A DNA stretch of 64,000 nt from an uncultured Spirochaetota bacterium (GTDB lineage: Bacteria; Spirochaetota; Spirochaetia; SZUA-6; CAVTHK01): NCBI GenBank assembly GCA_963734495.1, contig CAVTHK010000001.1, positions 352,001 through 416,000 on the forward strand, in the 5' to 3' direction. The notes under the pieces were generated by a model. That model was not told where the DNA came from. It searched no databases and saw nothing but the letters and a program-made list of their open reading frames with translations. Positions 10,282 through 23,550 of the stretch are shown here, piece by piece (positions within the stretch are counted from its first letter, which is position 1; each line of letters begins with the position of its first letter). A program made the translations under genes and the position numbers.

Positions 10282-12723
10282 ATGGCAAACGAAGATGCGG
10301 AATCCGCGGATTTAACAAAGACAACCACCGAAGCTGCGGTGGCGCTCCTCAAGACGGACGCGGCCAAGGGTCTCGCTTCCAGCGAGATCGCGAGCAGGGT
10401 CGCGCGATACGGGTACAACGAAGTCCCCGAGCAGAAGACGAATCAGCTGATTCGTTTTGTCAGGAAGTTCTGGGGACTCACCGCATGGATGCTGGAGCTC
10501 ATCATTCTCATCTCGCTGCTCCTGCGTCGCTACGACGACTTCTTCATCGTGACCGCGCTGCTCGTCGTCAACGCAGTGATCAGCTTTTATGAGGAGCAGA
10601 GAGCGTCCCACGCGGTCGAGGCTTTGCGAAAGAACCTGCAGGTCAATACACGAGTGCTCCGGGACGGCGCTTGGAGGGTCCTGCCCGCAAGGGAGCTGGT
10701 CCCGGGAGACATCATCAGGCTCAGGCCCGGAGACTTTGTCCCGGCGGATATCAAGGTCGCGTCCAGCGAGCTCGCAGTCGACCAGTCGGCTCTGACCGGC
10801 GAATCGATCGTGACGGACAAGCGCCCGGACGAGGTCGTCTTCTCGGGCTCCATCGTGAGGCGAGGCGAGGCCAACGGCGTGGTCATACTCACGGGCATCC
10901 GGACCTACTACGGAAGGACCGCCGAGCTCGTGCAGATGGCCCGACCCAAACTGCACATCGAAGAGGTCGTATCCGGGGTCGTGAGGGTGCTGCTGATCGT
11001 CGTCGGCGCGCTGCTGGCCGCGGCTTTCGCGGTTTCGGCCGCGCGGGGCCTGAACCTGCTCGAGATCCTTCCCCTGATGCTGGTCCTCCTCCTGTCCGCG
11101 GTTCCGGTCGCGCTGCCGGTCATGTTCACGGTCAGCATGGCTGTCGGATCCATGGAGCTCGCCCGAAAAGGGGTATTGGTCACGCGCTTGAGCGCCTCGG
11201 AAGATGCGGCGACCATGAACGTTCTGTGCGTCGACAAGACCGGCACGCTCACCGTCAACCGCCTCTCCATATCCGCGCTGATCCCTCTCGACGGGTCCAC
11301 CGAGGATGACGTGGTCCTCCAGGGCGCCCTGGCCTCCCAGGCGGCGAACCAGGATCCCATCGACCTGGCCTTTTTGGACGCGGCGCGGCAGCGGAATCTC
11401 GCCGTCGACTCGTTCGCGGTCAAGACCTTCATTCCCTTCGACCCGAAGACCCGTCGGACCGAGGTTGTCGTGCAGAAGGACGGGCGCGAGGTCCGCGCGC
11501 TCAAGGGGGCGGTCAGGGCGGTGGCCGGCGCCTGCGGGCTGGATTCCGGCGCGATCGATGGATTGGAGGCCCGGGCTGATGAGTTCGCGCGCAAGGGTCA
11601 TCGCACTCTCGCGGTGGCCAAAGGAGACGGCTCGGGTCGCCCGGCGCTCATCGGACTGGTGACGTTGTCCGACTCGCTCCGGCCCGATTCAAAGGCGTTG
11701 ATCGGGGAGCTGAACGGGCTCGGAGTCGCCGTGAAGATGCTTACGGGAGACGCCCTGCCGATCGCAAGGGACATTGCCAGGGAGGTCGGGGTCGGAGAAA
11801 ACGTGAATCGCATATCGGATCTGCAGGCGGCGGATGAGAAGAACGCGTCCCTTGCGGCGGAGGTCGCCGAGAAGAGCGATGGTTTCGCCGAGATCTACCC
11901 CGAAGGCAAGTACGTCGTCGTGAAAAGCCTGCAGGCAAAGGGTCACGTCGTAGGGATGACGGGGGATGGGGTGAACGACTCACCCGCTCTTCGTCAGGCC
12001 GAAGTCGGGATCGCGGTCAGCAACGCCGTCGACGTCGCAAAGGGCGCGGCGAGCGTCGTACTGACCCATGAGGGTCTCGCGGGCATTGTCGACCTGGTCA
12101 CGAACGGCAGGCAGATCTACCAGCGGATCACCACGTGGATCATCAACAAGATCAGCCGAACGGTCTTCAAGGCCTCCTTTGTGGTGCTGATCTTTCTCGT
12201 CACCGGCAAGTTCGTCATTTCGGCTCTCGGGATGATTCTTGTGGTGTTCATGACGGATTTCGCCAAAATATCCCTTTCCACCGACAATGTGCGGGGGTCC
12301 CGGAAACCGGAGACCTGGAACATCACGGGCCTCGTGACCATGGCGCTGATCCTCGGCGTGCTGATGATTGGGGAATCGGTGGGGTTGTTCTTTATCGGCT
12401 CCAGGTACCTGGGGCTGTCCGGGGATGTCCAGGCCCTCAACACGTTCGGGTTCGAGATCATGATCTACTTCGCGATCTTCTCGCTCTTCGTGGTGCGGGA
12501 GAGGCGTCACTTCTGGGATTCGAAGCCGAGCCGGATGCTGCTCGGCGTCCTCCTGCTCGACGCCGTCATCGCGGCCCTTTTCGCGACTCTCGGAATCCCG
12601 GGCATGAAACCGATTCCTCTCACGACGACCCTTCTGGTGATCGGGTATTCGTTCGTCTTCTCGCTGTTCGTGAACGATCTGGTCAAGTTCGTCCTGGTGC
12701 GGAGGCTGGGACTGAGCTGGTGA
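10282..12723 (+). CDS. P-type ATPase, P3A (plasma-membrane H+-efflux) type
   Basis: DQSALTGES, VPVALP (M4), DKTGTLT, DPID, FIPFDP, KGA, MLTGD, MTGDGVND; Asp in M6 (FMTDF). Confidence 0.85.
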   Translation: MANEDAESADLTKTTTEAAVALLKTDAAKGLASSEIASRVARYGYNEVPEQKTNQLIRFVRKFWGLTAWMLELIILISLLLRRYDDFFIVTALLVVNAVISFYEEQRASHAVEALRKNLQVNTRVLRDGAWRVLPARELVPGDIIRLRPGDFVPADIKVASSELAVDQSALTGESIVTDKRPDEVVFSGSIVRRGEANGVVILTGIRTYYGRTAELVQMARPKLHIEEVVSGVVRVLLIVVGALLAAAFAVSAARGLNLLEILPLMLVLLLSAVPVALPVMFTVSMAVGSMELARKGVLVTRLSASEDAATMNVLCVDKTGTLTVNRLSISALIPLDGSTEDDVVLQGALASQAANQDPIDLAFLDAARQRNLAVDSFAVKTFIPFDPKTRRTEVVVQKDGREVRALKGAVRAVAGACGLDSGAIDGLEARADEFARKGHRTLAVAKGDGSGRPALIGLVTLSDSLRPDSKALIGELNGLGVAVKMLTGDALPIARDIAREVGVGENVNRISDLQAADEKNASLAAEVAEKSDGFAEIYPEGKYVVVKSLQAKGHVVGMTGDGVNDSPALRQAEVGIAVSNAVDVAKGAASVVLTHEGLAGIVDLVTNGRQIYQRITTWIINKISRTVFKASFVVLIFLVTGKFVISALGMILVVFMTDFAKISLSTDNVRGSRKPETWNITGLVTMALILGVLMIGESVGLFFIGSRYLGLSGDVQALNTFGFEIMIYFAIFSLFVVRERRHFWDSKPSRMLLGVLLLDAVIAALFATLGIPGMKPIPLTTTLLVIGYSFVFSLFVNDLVKFVLVRRLGLSW

Positions 12724-12839
12724 GAGCGCGGCCGGCGTAGAGCGAGACGCGGCCTGCCCGGCGTTTCGCGGGCTTGCCCGCGGGGGGTCCTGTCAGCGAC
12801 AATGGGGCGGGCGGCGGGCCGGCCGCGAGGAGGGACCCC

Positions 12840-13994
12840 ATGGCCAAGCGAGTCGTTCCCGGCGTGGATTCCTTTCAGGGGGAGCCGCGTTTCCGCGACC
12901 TGCGCATCGGGCTCATCACCAACCCGACGGGCATGACGTCGACCGGCGTGCCGACATGGCGCGCGCTGCTCGAGGGAGGCTTCCGCCTCACGGCTCTCTT
13001 CGGGCCGGAGCACGGCTTCCGCGGCGAGGCCCAGGATGCCGTCCGGGTCGCCGACGAGACCTTCCACGGCGTGCGCGTGTACTCACTCTACGGCGAGCGG
13101 CAGCGGCCCGCAGTGGAGATGCTCGCGGACGTCGACCTCATGGTCTTCGACATCCAGGACGTCGGCTGCCGCTACTACACCTACCTGTACACGCTCGCGT
13201 ATTCGCTCGAGGTCTGCGCCGGAGCCGGCAAGTCGTTCTGCGTGCTCGACCGCCCCAACCCGATCGGCGCCGTCGCGGTCGAAGGCGGCCCGATCGACGA
13301 CGAAGCCTGGAGCTTCGTGGGCGGCTACGGCCTGCCCGCGCGCACGGGCTTCACCGTGGGAGAGTACGCCCGCTGGCTCAAGGGCCAGTACTTCCCGCAG
13401 GCCCGCCTCGAGGTGATCCCGCTCCAAGGCTACCGCCGCGCCATGTTCTTCGGCGAGACGGGGCTCCCTTGGCCGGCGCCTTCACCCAACCTTCCTACTG
13501 TTGAGGCGGCTCTGGTCTACCCGGGCACCTGCCTGTTCGAGGGCACCAATGTCTCCGAGGGCCGCGGGACGACGCGGCCGTTCGAGACGATCGGCGCGCC
13601 GTGGGTCGACGGTGAGCGCCTGCGCGAGGCCCTGGCCGAGCTCGAGCTGCCCGGTGTCGTGTTCAGCTCGACCTTCTTCACCCCCACGATCTCCAAGCAC
13701 AAGGGCCAGTCCTGCCAGGGCGTCGTCCTGCACGTCTCCGACCGCGACGCGTTCCGCCCGCTGCGCACGGCCCTGGCGATGCTCTCGGTGCTCAAGCGCG
13801 ACTACGCGGAGCACTTCGAGTGGAGACCCGACTGGGACGGGAACTTCAGCTTCGTCGACAGGCTGGCCGGCGGGAGCTGGCTCCGCGACAGCATCGACGC
13901 GGGCGAGGGGCTCGACCAGGTTTACGACCGCGCTTGTCAGGACCAGGACAAATTTGAAGGCATCCGCGCCCGTTACCTGATCTACAAGTCGTAA
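12840..13994 (+). CDS. namZ: exo-beta-N-acetylmuramidase NamZ family (DUF1343)
   Basis: ITNPTG, LFGPEHGFRG, SLYG, FDIQDVGCRYYTY, LDRPNP, PSPNLP, EGTNVSEGRGTTRPFE. Confidence 0.9.
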   Translation: MAKRVVPGVDSFQGEPRFRDLRIGLITNPTGMTSTGVPTWRALLEGGFRLTALFGPEHGFRGEAQDAVRVADETFHGVRVYSLYGERQRPAVEMLADVDLMVFDIQDVGCRYYTYLYTLAYSLEVCAGAGKSFCVLDRPNPIGAVAVEGGPIDDEAWSFVGGYGLPARTGFTVGEYARWLKGQYFPQARLEVIPLQGYRRAMFFGETGLPWPAPSPNLPTVEAALVYPGTCLFEGTNVSEGRGTTRPFETIGAPWVDGERLREALAELELPGVVFSSTFFTPTISKHKGQSCQGVVLHVSDRDAFRPLRTALAMLSVLKRDYAEHFEWRPDWDGNFSFVDRLAGGSWLRDSIDAGEGLDQVYDRACQDQDKFEGIRARYLIYKS

Positions 13995-14022
13995 TGCTCC
14001 CGCCGCGGCGAGGCGCGTTTCC

Positions 14023-14051
14023 TTGACTGCGCCGGCCGCGGCCGCTACGCT
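14023..14051 (+). promoter_or_regulatory. sigma70-like promoter of carB (probably leaderless)
   Basis: TTGACT-17 bp-TACGCT, ATG 8 nt downstream, no SD. Confidence 0.6.
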
Positions 14052-14059
14052 CGGCTGCC

Positions 14060-17280
<3,221 letters not shown>

Positions 17281-17284
<4 letters not shown>

Positions 17285-18261
17285 AACCAAAGGTCAAGGG
17301 CATCCGCGAGATCACGCTCGCGAAGCTGCGTCCCGCCGCGTTCATCGGCGAGCAGGTCGCCGCCATCTCCGACGCGGTCGGCGACGGCACCGCCGTCAAC
17401 GCGCTGTCCGGAGGTGTGGACTCCTCCGTGGTCACGATGCTCGCCCACCGCGCGCTGGGGAGCCGGCTCAAGACGTACTTTGTCGAGAACGGGATCATGC
17501 GCGAGGGCGAGGCGAAACGGATCGCCGCGCTCTTCAAGTCGCTGGGCGTCAAGGTCGAGGTCGTCGATGCGCGCCGGCAGTTCTTCGCGGCCCTCGCGGG
17601 AGTCGAGGACCCCGAAGAGAAGCGCGAGGCGATCACGCAGACCTTCTACAAGACCGTCTTCGGTCCGCTGGTGAAAAGGAGCGGCGCCCGGTTCCTCCTG
17701 CAGGGCACCAACTACACCGACGTCGAGGAGACCGTGGCCGGAGTCAAGCGGCAGCACAACATCCTCGCGCAGCTCGGCATCGACACGGTCAAGACCTTCG
17801 GCTACGTCGTGCTGGAGCCGATCATCCGCTTGCGCAAGACCGGCGTGCGCAAGGTCGCGCGCTCTCTCGGCCTGCCGCGGGAGATCTGGGACCGACCGCC
17901 CTTTCCCGGCCCCGCGCTCGCCGCCCGCGTCATCGGCGAGGTCACGCCGGAGCGTGTCGCGGTCGTGCGAGCCGCCACCTCGATCGTCGAGGAAGAGCTC
18001 GCGGCGAGCGGCGCGTTCCAGTACCTCGCGGTGCTGCACAAGGACCTGGTGACCGGGGTGAGGGACGGCAAGCGCCAGTTCGGGATGCAGATCGAGGTGC
18101 GTTGCTGGGAGAGCACCGACGCCGTCAAGGCGACGCCGACGCCCCTGCCGTTCGCGAAGCTGGAGCGCCTCGGCCGCCGCATCACCTCGGAGGTGGACGG
18201 CGTCGTGAGCGTCACTTACAACGTGACACGCAAGCCGCCGTCGACCATCGAGGCGGTGTAG
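17281..18261 (+). CDS. GMP synthase subunit B-like ATP pyrophosphatase (no glutaminase domain)
   Basis: ALSGGVDS PP-loop, DPEEKR, LLQGT, PFPGP, KPPSTIE C-terminus; ATGA overlap with carB. Confidence 0.8.
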
Positions 18262-18314
18262 TCCGCGGACCGCGGCACGGGCGCGGGCGGCCGCGCCGAC
18301 CTTCAACTTGTTTC

Positions 18315-18357
18315 TTGACTCTTCCCGTCGACGTTTATAATTTTCCGAAACGATTCG
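18315..18357 (+). promoter_or_regulatory. putative promoter with LacI-like operator
   Basis: TTGACT...TATAAT (15-bp spacer) followed by the near-palindrome CGAAACGATTCG. Confidence 0.45.
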
Positions 18358-18534
18358 ACCAGTGTCGATTCGGCCTGCCTCCGTTCGACGATAGGTTGCA
18401 GTCAGGCCGGAATCGGGCCGACCCCGGCCCCAATAAGTGACCGCACGACTAACTCGAGCCCAGGAGGGCAGAGCCGCCGCCGCAGGCTGCGGGGCAGCCG
18501 CGTCGCCCGAGGCGATCGACATAAGGAGTCCCGA

Positions 18535-19890
18535 TTGAGCGTCGAGAACGCAGTCAACCTGAGGAGGCTGGTCCCCTGGATCGTCTACCTCATCTTCTTC
18601 GCGGTGCTGAACGAAACCGTGTTCAACGTCTCCACGCCGATCATCGCGCGCACGTTCTCGCTGACGCCGTCGGGGGTCAGCTGGATGATGACGATCTTCA
18701 TGGTGTTCTTCGGGATCGGCTCGGTGATCTACGGCAAGCTCGCGGATATCTACAGCCTCAGGCGGCTGATCATCGTCGGGATCGTCGTGTACGTCGCCGG
18801 CTCGGTCCTGGGCTTCGCGCTGCGGTCCTGGTACCCGGCGGTCGTCGCGGCTCGCGCGATCCAGGGCATGGGCGGCTCGGCGATCCCGGCGCTCATCTTC
18901 GTCGTCGTCGCGCGGTACGCGCCGGAGTCGGAGCGCGGCAGGATCTTCGGCTTTCTCACGTCGACGGTCTCGCTCGCGATCGGCCTCGGCCCCGTCATCG
19001 GCGGCGTCGTGTCGGGAAGCGTCGGCTGGTCGTACCTCTTTCTCATTCCGCTGCTCGTCCTGATTGCGATCCGTCCGTTCGGGAGAGAGCTGCCCAAGGA
19101 GCCGCGACGGGAAGGCGCCGTGGACCTCGTCGGCGCCGCGCTGGTCGCGGCGGCCGTCGGCGCCCTGGTCGTCGAGCTGAACTTTCCGGCATGGTACTGG
19201 CTCGCCGCGTTCATCTGCGCGGTGGTCCTGTTCGTCCTCCGCGTGCGCGGCGTGTCCGACCCCTTCATCACGCCGTCGCTCTTCGCGAACGCGAAGTTCC
19301 GCAACGGCGTGATCGCCGGGTTCTGCCTCTTTTACGTCGTCATCGGCGTCTTCTTCATGATTCCGCTGATGCTCAGCGACATCCACCGCCTCGGCCCCGC
19401 GCAGATCGGACTGACCCTCTTTCCGGGCGCCATCAGCTCGGTGATTTGCGGACCGATCGCCGGGACCCTCGCGGACCGGAAAGGCAGCAACTTCGTGGTG
19501 GCCATCGGGCTCGCGCTCCTGGTCGCCGGCATTCTCGCGATGTCCGTCCTGCTCGGCATATCGGCCCTGGTCGTGGCGGCCGCGATGCTGCTCACCTACG
19601 TCGGCTTCTCGCTCTTTCAGACCGCTATGATCAACAGCGTCTCGCAGACCCTGCCCGAGCACGAAACGGGCGTCGGCATGGGTCTCTTCAACCTCGTCGG
19701 GATCGTGGCGGGCGCCATCGGGACCGCGGTCGTAGGGCGAATCCTCGACGGCAGGCGGCTCGACACGCTGATCCTGCCCATCGTCGCGGCTGCCAGGGGC
19801 TACGAGTACAGCAACCTGATGCTCGCCTTCTCGCTGGTCGTCGCCGCGGGCGGCGCGCTGTATCTTCGGTCCTACCGGGCGCGGGTGTAG
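18535..19890 (+). CDS. MFS transporter, TetK/TetL-like DHA2
   Basis: VLNETVFNVSTP, IYGKLAD, ARAIQGMG, GPVIGG; many TM segments; TTG start with AAGGAG SD. Confidence 0.82.
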   Translation: MSVENAVNLRRLVPWIVYLIFFAVLNETVFNVSTPIIARTFSLTPSGVSWMMTIFMVFFGIGSVIYGKLADIYSLRRLIIVGIVVYVAGSVLGFALRSWYPAVVAARAIQGMGGSAIPALIFVVVARYAPESERGRIFGFLTSTVSLAIGLGPVIGGVVSGSVGWSYLFLIPLLVLIAIRPFGRELPKEPRREGAVDLVGAALVAAAVGALVVELNFPAWYWLAAFICAVVLFVLRVRGVSDPFITPSLFANAKFRNGVIAGFCLFYVVIGVFFMIPLMLSDIHRLGPAQIGLTLFPGAISSVICGPIAGTLADRKGSNFVVAIGLALLVAGILAMSVLLGISALVVAAAMLLTYVGFSLFQTAMINSVSQTLPEHETGVGMGLFNLVGIVAGAIGTAVVGRILDGRRLDTLILPIVAAARGYEYSNLMLAFSLVVAAGGALYLRSYRARV

Positions 19891-19900
19891 GAGGAGCGCA

Positions 19901-20911
19901 ATGAGGCGGGTCTTCGCATGGCTCGCGGCGCTGCTGTGCGCGGCGCTGCTGTGCGCGGCGCCGGCTTCTCACGGACAGACATCGATCATCGTCGCTCAGA
20001 GGGCCATACCGCTGCCGGGCGTGGAAGGCCGCATCGACCACCTGGCGATCGACCTGCCGCGCAAGCGTCTGTTCGTCTCGGCGCTCGGCAGCAATTCGCT
20101 TGAGGTGGTCGACCTGGTTTCCTCGGCGGTGATCCGCAGGATCGGAGGGCTCGAGGAGCCCCAGGGAGCGTACTACGCCGCGGACTCCGACAAGCTCTAC
20201 GTCACCAACGCGGGCAGTGGCCTGTGCGACGTCTTCGACGGCGCATCCCTGCGGCTGCTCTCGCGGATCGACCTGGGAGGCGACGCGGACAACATCCACG
20301 GCGATCCTGACTCGCATCGGGTTCTGATTGCCGCCGGAAACGGGATATCGGTCGTGGATACGACAAGCGGTCGACGGGTCGCCGAAATCGGGCTGCCGGG
20401 GCACCCGGAAGGGTTCGCGCTGGACCCGCAAGGATCCGCGCTGTTCGCCAACGTTCCCGCTCCCGCGCGAGGCGTGTTCGTGCTGGATCTGGTTCGGGAT
20501 GCGGTGATCAAGCGCTGGTCCATCGGCGGCCCGCTTGCGAACGCCTTCTCGAACTTCCCGATGGGGCTCGATGACGCGCATCGCAGGCTCTTCGTCGCGA
20601 CGCGGACGCCGGCCGCGCTCAAGGTGCTCGACGCCGATACGGGCAAGGTGGTCGCCGGCCTGAAAGTCGACGGAGACGCCGACGACGTCTTCTACGATGC
20701 CCGACGCCGGTGCCTGTACGTGTCGTGCGGCAACGGCTTCCTCGATGTCATTCAGCAGACGGATCCCGACCATTACCGGGTGACCGCGAGAACACCGACG
20801 GCGGCAGGCGCACGGACGTCGCTCTGGGTGCCCGAGATGGACCGGCTCTTCGTGGCAGTCCCTCGCCGCGGCAGCCAGCAGGCGGAGATCCGGGTCTTCG
20901 CGCCGGAGTAG
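19901..20911 (+). CDS. secreted beta-propeller protein (YncE-like)
   Basis: Signal peptide with a duplicated AALLC; GRIDHLAID, EEPQG, GHPEGF, NFPM, DADDVFYD, GARTSLW blade motifs. Confidence 0.75.
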   Translation: MRRVFAWLAALLCAALLCAAPASHGQTSIIVAQRAIPLPGVEGRIDHLAIDLPRKRLFVSALGSNSLEVVDLVSSAVIRRIGGLEEPQGAYYAADSDKLYVTNAGSGLCDVFDGASLRLLSRIDLGGDADNIHGDPDSHRVLIAAGNGISVVDTTSGRRVAEIGLPGHPEGFALDPQGSALFANVPAPARGVFVLDLVRDAVIKRWSIGGPLANAFSNFPMGLDDAHRRLFVATRTPAALKVLDADTGKVVAGLKVDGDADDVFYDARRRCLYVSCGNGFLDVIQQTDPDHYRVTARTPTAAGARTSLWVPEMDRLFVAVPRRGSQQAEIRVFAPE

Positions 20912-21099
20912 GTCTGCAGTCGCCCCGCCTGGTGTCGATCTTGCCCGACCCTGTTCGTCGACGGGGTGGAGGATTCAGCGACCGAAGGTAGTCTTCAAGA
21001 TGCACGTCTCGCTCGACGGACATATACGCGCACCCGGCGGAGATGCGGATGAGATCCGGCGATCTTCGACGGGTGTACAATGGCGTCCGGAGGCCACCT

Positions 21100-21909
21100 G
21101 TGAGCGACGTGAGATCCGCCCATCAAGAGACCCACGCGGCGTGGGAAGCCAATGCGTACGTGTGGGACGCGAAGATGGGCGACACTGGCAACGATTTCTT
21201 CACCGTACTGGAGTGGCCGGCGATTCTGCGACTGCTCAGCCCGGGACCCCGGCAGAGCATCCTCGACGTCGCGTGCGGCAACGGCCTCACTGCGCGCCAT
21301 CTGGCCGCGCTGGGCGCGACGGTCACGGCGTTCGATTTCTCGCCAAGCCTGGTCGAGCTCGCCAGGAAACGTTCGGCTCATGCCGCGCCTCCGATCGCCT
21401 ATTGCGTTCTCGACGCGACCGATGAGGGCGCGCTGCGGGCGACACTCGGGCCGGCGGGACCGTTCGACGCCGCCGTGTGCAACATGGCGCTGTTTGACAT
21501 CGCCGACATCGAGCCCCTGTTACGGGTGTTGCCTGACGTACTGCGACCGGACGGCATGTTCGTCTTCACGCTGACCCATCCGGCATTCAACAACGTATCC
21601 TGTTCCCATGTTGCGGAAGAACGGGACCAGGATGGGCAGATAAGGACGACCTATTCCGTCAAAGTCTCGCGCTATATGACTCCACAGCAGGCCCGTGGCC
21701 TCGCGCTGCGCAATCAGCCGATGCCGCAGGTGTACTTCGATCGGCCGCTCGAATACTACCTGAACCTGGCGTTCCGTAGCGGCTTCGTGCTGGACGGCTT
21801 CGAGGAGCGCGCCTTTCCGGCAGACCACCCGCAGCCGCATCCGCTCGGGTGGGGGGGCAGGTTCAGCGAGATACCGGCCGTTCTTGCCGCTCGCCTTCGA
21901 CGGCGGTAA
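21100..21909 (+). CDS. class I SAM-dependent methyltransferase
   Basis: ILDVACGNG motif I, AFDFS, LRPDGMFVF; GTG start with GGAGG SD. Confidence 0.85.
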   Translation: MSDVRSAHQETHAAWEANAYVWDAKMGDTGNDFFTVLEWPAILRLLSPGPRQSILDVACGNGLTARHLAALGATVTAFDFSPSLVELARKRSAHAAPPIAYCVLDATDEGALRATLGPAGPFDAAVCNMALFDIADIEPLLRVLPDVLRPDGMFVFTLTHPAFNNVSCSHVAEERDQDGQIRTTYSVKVSRYMTPQQARGLALRNQPMPQVYFDRPLEYYLNLAFRSGFVLDGFEERAFPADHPQPHPLGWGGRFSEIPAVLAARLRRR

Positions 21910-22173
21910 CAGCGCTCCGCCACCGTGAGCGCTCCGATCGCGGAGCGAGGCCCGGGAGCTGGCCGTCGATCAGCGCACCCGCCGCCTCCGCGAGGTTGCA
22001 TGCAGCAAAAGCAAGTCGGTTCGATCCGGAGCTCGGCCCTTACTCGGGGACACTCGTGTGCGTGTGACCGGCGGGCGCGAATTGCGTAGACGTTGCGGAC
22101 GAGGATCGCGCACGCGGTCCCATCGCTTGAGGCAACGGGACTGTCGCGAGCGGCGTGCCGCCGGCTCCGGCCC

Positions 22174-23010
22174 CTACAGCAGGTCGAAGGCTTTCAGGTC
22201 GCCCGTCTCATAGCCGAGCTTGAAGTACTTGATGCGCTGGGCGCTCGATCCGTGCGTGAAGCTGTCGGGGACGACGTAGCCCTGGGATTGCTTCTGGATG
22301 CGGTCGTCGCCGACGGCGGCGGCCGCGTTCAGCGCCTCGGAGAGGTCGCCGCTGTCGAGCAGGCGCCGTGACTTGTCGGCATAGTGGGCCCAGATCCCCG
22401 CATAGAAGTCCGCCTGCAGCTCGAGGCGCACCGAGAGATTGTTCGCCTCCGAACGGGTGGCACGGTTCATGAGGGAGTGGACCTTCTGCATGGTCCCGAG
22501 CTGGTTCTGAACGTGGTGGCCCACCTCGTGCGCGATGACGTACGCCTGGGCGAAGTCCCCGGGCGCCTTGAAGCGGCTCGCGAGCTCCTCGTAGAAGCTC
22601 AGGTCGAGATAGAGCTTCTGGTCCCCGGGACAGTAGAACGGGCCGCTCGACCCCTGGGCCGCGCCGCACGCTGACTGCACCTGGCTGGAAAAGATGACGA
22701 GGTGGGGCTCCACGTAGTCCCTGCCCATCTTTGCGAAGATGGCGTTCCACGTGTCCTCGGTGTCGGCCAGGACCACCGAGCACATGTCCGCCAGTCGATC
22801 TTCGGCGGGAGAGGTCTGCTGGGTGCCCTGGGTCGTTCCGGTCGCGTCGGGGAGGAGGCCCTGAAGGACCTGCGACGGGTCGCCTCCCATCAGGAGCACG
22901 ACAAGGGCGACGATGATGGCACCACCGCCTCCGATCGCGATGCCCCTGCCGCCGCCGCCTCGGCGGCGGTCCTCGACGTTATCGCTGCGCCTGCCGGTCT
23001 CCCATTTCAT
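22174..23010 (-). CDS. neutral zinc metallopeptidase (YpfJ family)
   Basis: RRSDNVEDRR, GPFYCPGD, YVIAHEVGHHVQ, ELQAD, FTHGSS. Upstream TTGACG-17-TAGGCT-6 nt-ATG. Confidence 0.9.
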   Translation of the reverse strand: MKWETGRRSDNVEDRRRGGGGRGIAIGGGGAIIVALVVLLMGGDPSQVLQGLLPDATGTTQGTQQTSPAEDRLADMCSVVLADTEDTWNAIFAKMGRDYVEPHLVIFSSQVQSACGAAQGSSGPFYCPGDQKLYLDLSFYEELASRFKAPGDFAQAYVIAHEVGHHVQNQLGTMQKVHSLMNRATRSEANNLSVRLELQADFYAGIWAHYADKSRRLLDSGDLSEALNAAAAVGDDRIQKQSQGYVVPDSFTHGSSAQRIKYFKLGYETGDLKAFDLL

Positions 23011-23137
23011 ATCCCAAGCCTAGCGCGCCCGGTGCGCTCCGTCAAGGATGGCTGCCGCCCTGTAGCCGCCCCGTGGTCGCCCGGCGTCCTGCGCGGTTGC
23101 CTTTGCGCACGACGCGAGTAGAATACGGGCACCGCCT

Positions 23138-23545
23138 ATGCGTCGCACGTGGATCATCGGATTGTTGGCAGCGAGCTTCGCTGCCCTGCTGGGCGGATGC
23201 CGCCAGGGAGCCGAGGGTCAGCCCGATTTCTCCCTCGAGCTCGCTCCAGTGGAAGAGACTCTCTTCGAGGCCCAGCCGGCCAGGACCTTCACATTCCGCG
23301 TGCACCCGCTCAACGAGTACACCGGCACGGTGACTATCACAGCGACGGCCCCCGCGGGCGTGGTATTGTCGCAGGCGCCGACGCCCGCCAGCTTTGTCTT
23401 CGGCGCGGGGGACGGCAGCAAGCAGGGCACCTTTAGTCTCAGCGCCCCAACGGTTCCTGCTCAGGCCGACGTCACGATGGCCGTCAGCGCCTCGGACGGC
23501 AGCCTGACGCACGCCGGCAGCATCCTGCTCCAGCTCCGGAAATAG
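23138..23545 (+). CDS. hypothetical lipoprotein with Ig-like beta-rich domain
   Basis: Signal peptide ending LGGC; PDFSL...YTGTVTITAT...SLTH pattern. Confidence 0.65.
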   Translation: MRRTWIIGLLAASFAALLGGCRQGAEGQPDFSLELAPVEETLFEAQPARTFTFRVHPLNEYTGTVTITATAPAGVVLSQAPTPASFVFGAGDGSKQGTFSLSAPTVPAQADVTMAVSASDGSLTHAGSILLQLRK

Positions 23546-23550
23546 GCGGA

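Noticed and set aside
18535-19890. Bona fide tet(L)/tet(K) resistance gene
   Set aside because: Only family-level resemblance; the substrate cannot be assigned from sequence.
20748-21080. Small minus-strand ORF between the beta-propeller and methyltransferase genes
   Set aside because: It overlaps the neighbouring gene and has no recognisable motif or translation signal.
22010-22045. tRNA or attachment site (GGTTCGATCC T-loop-like motif)
   Set aside because: There is no proper T-stem, acceptor stem or anticodon arm, and no integrase nearby.
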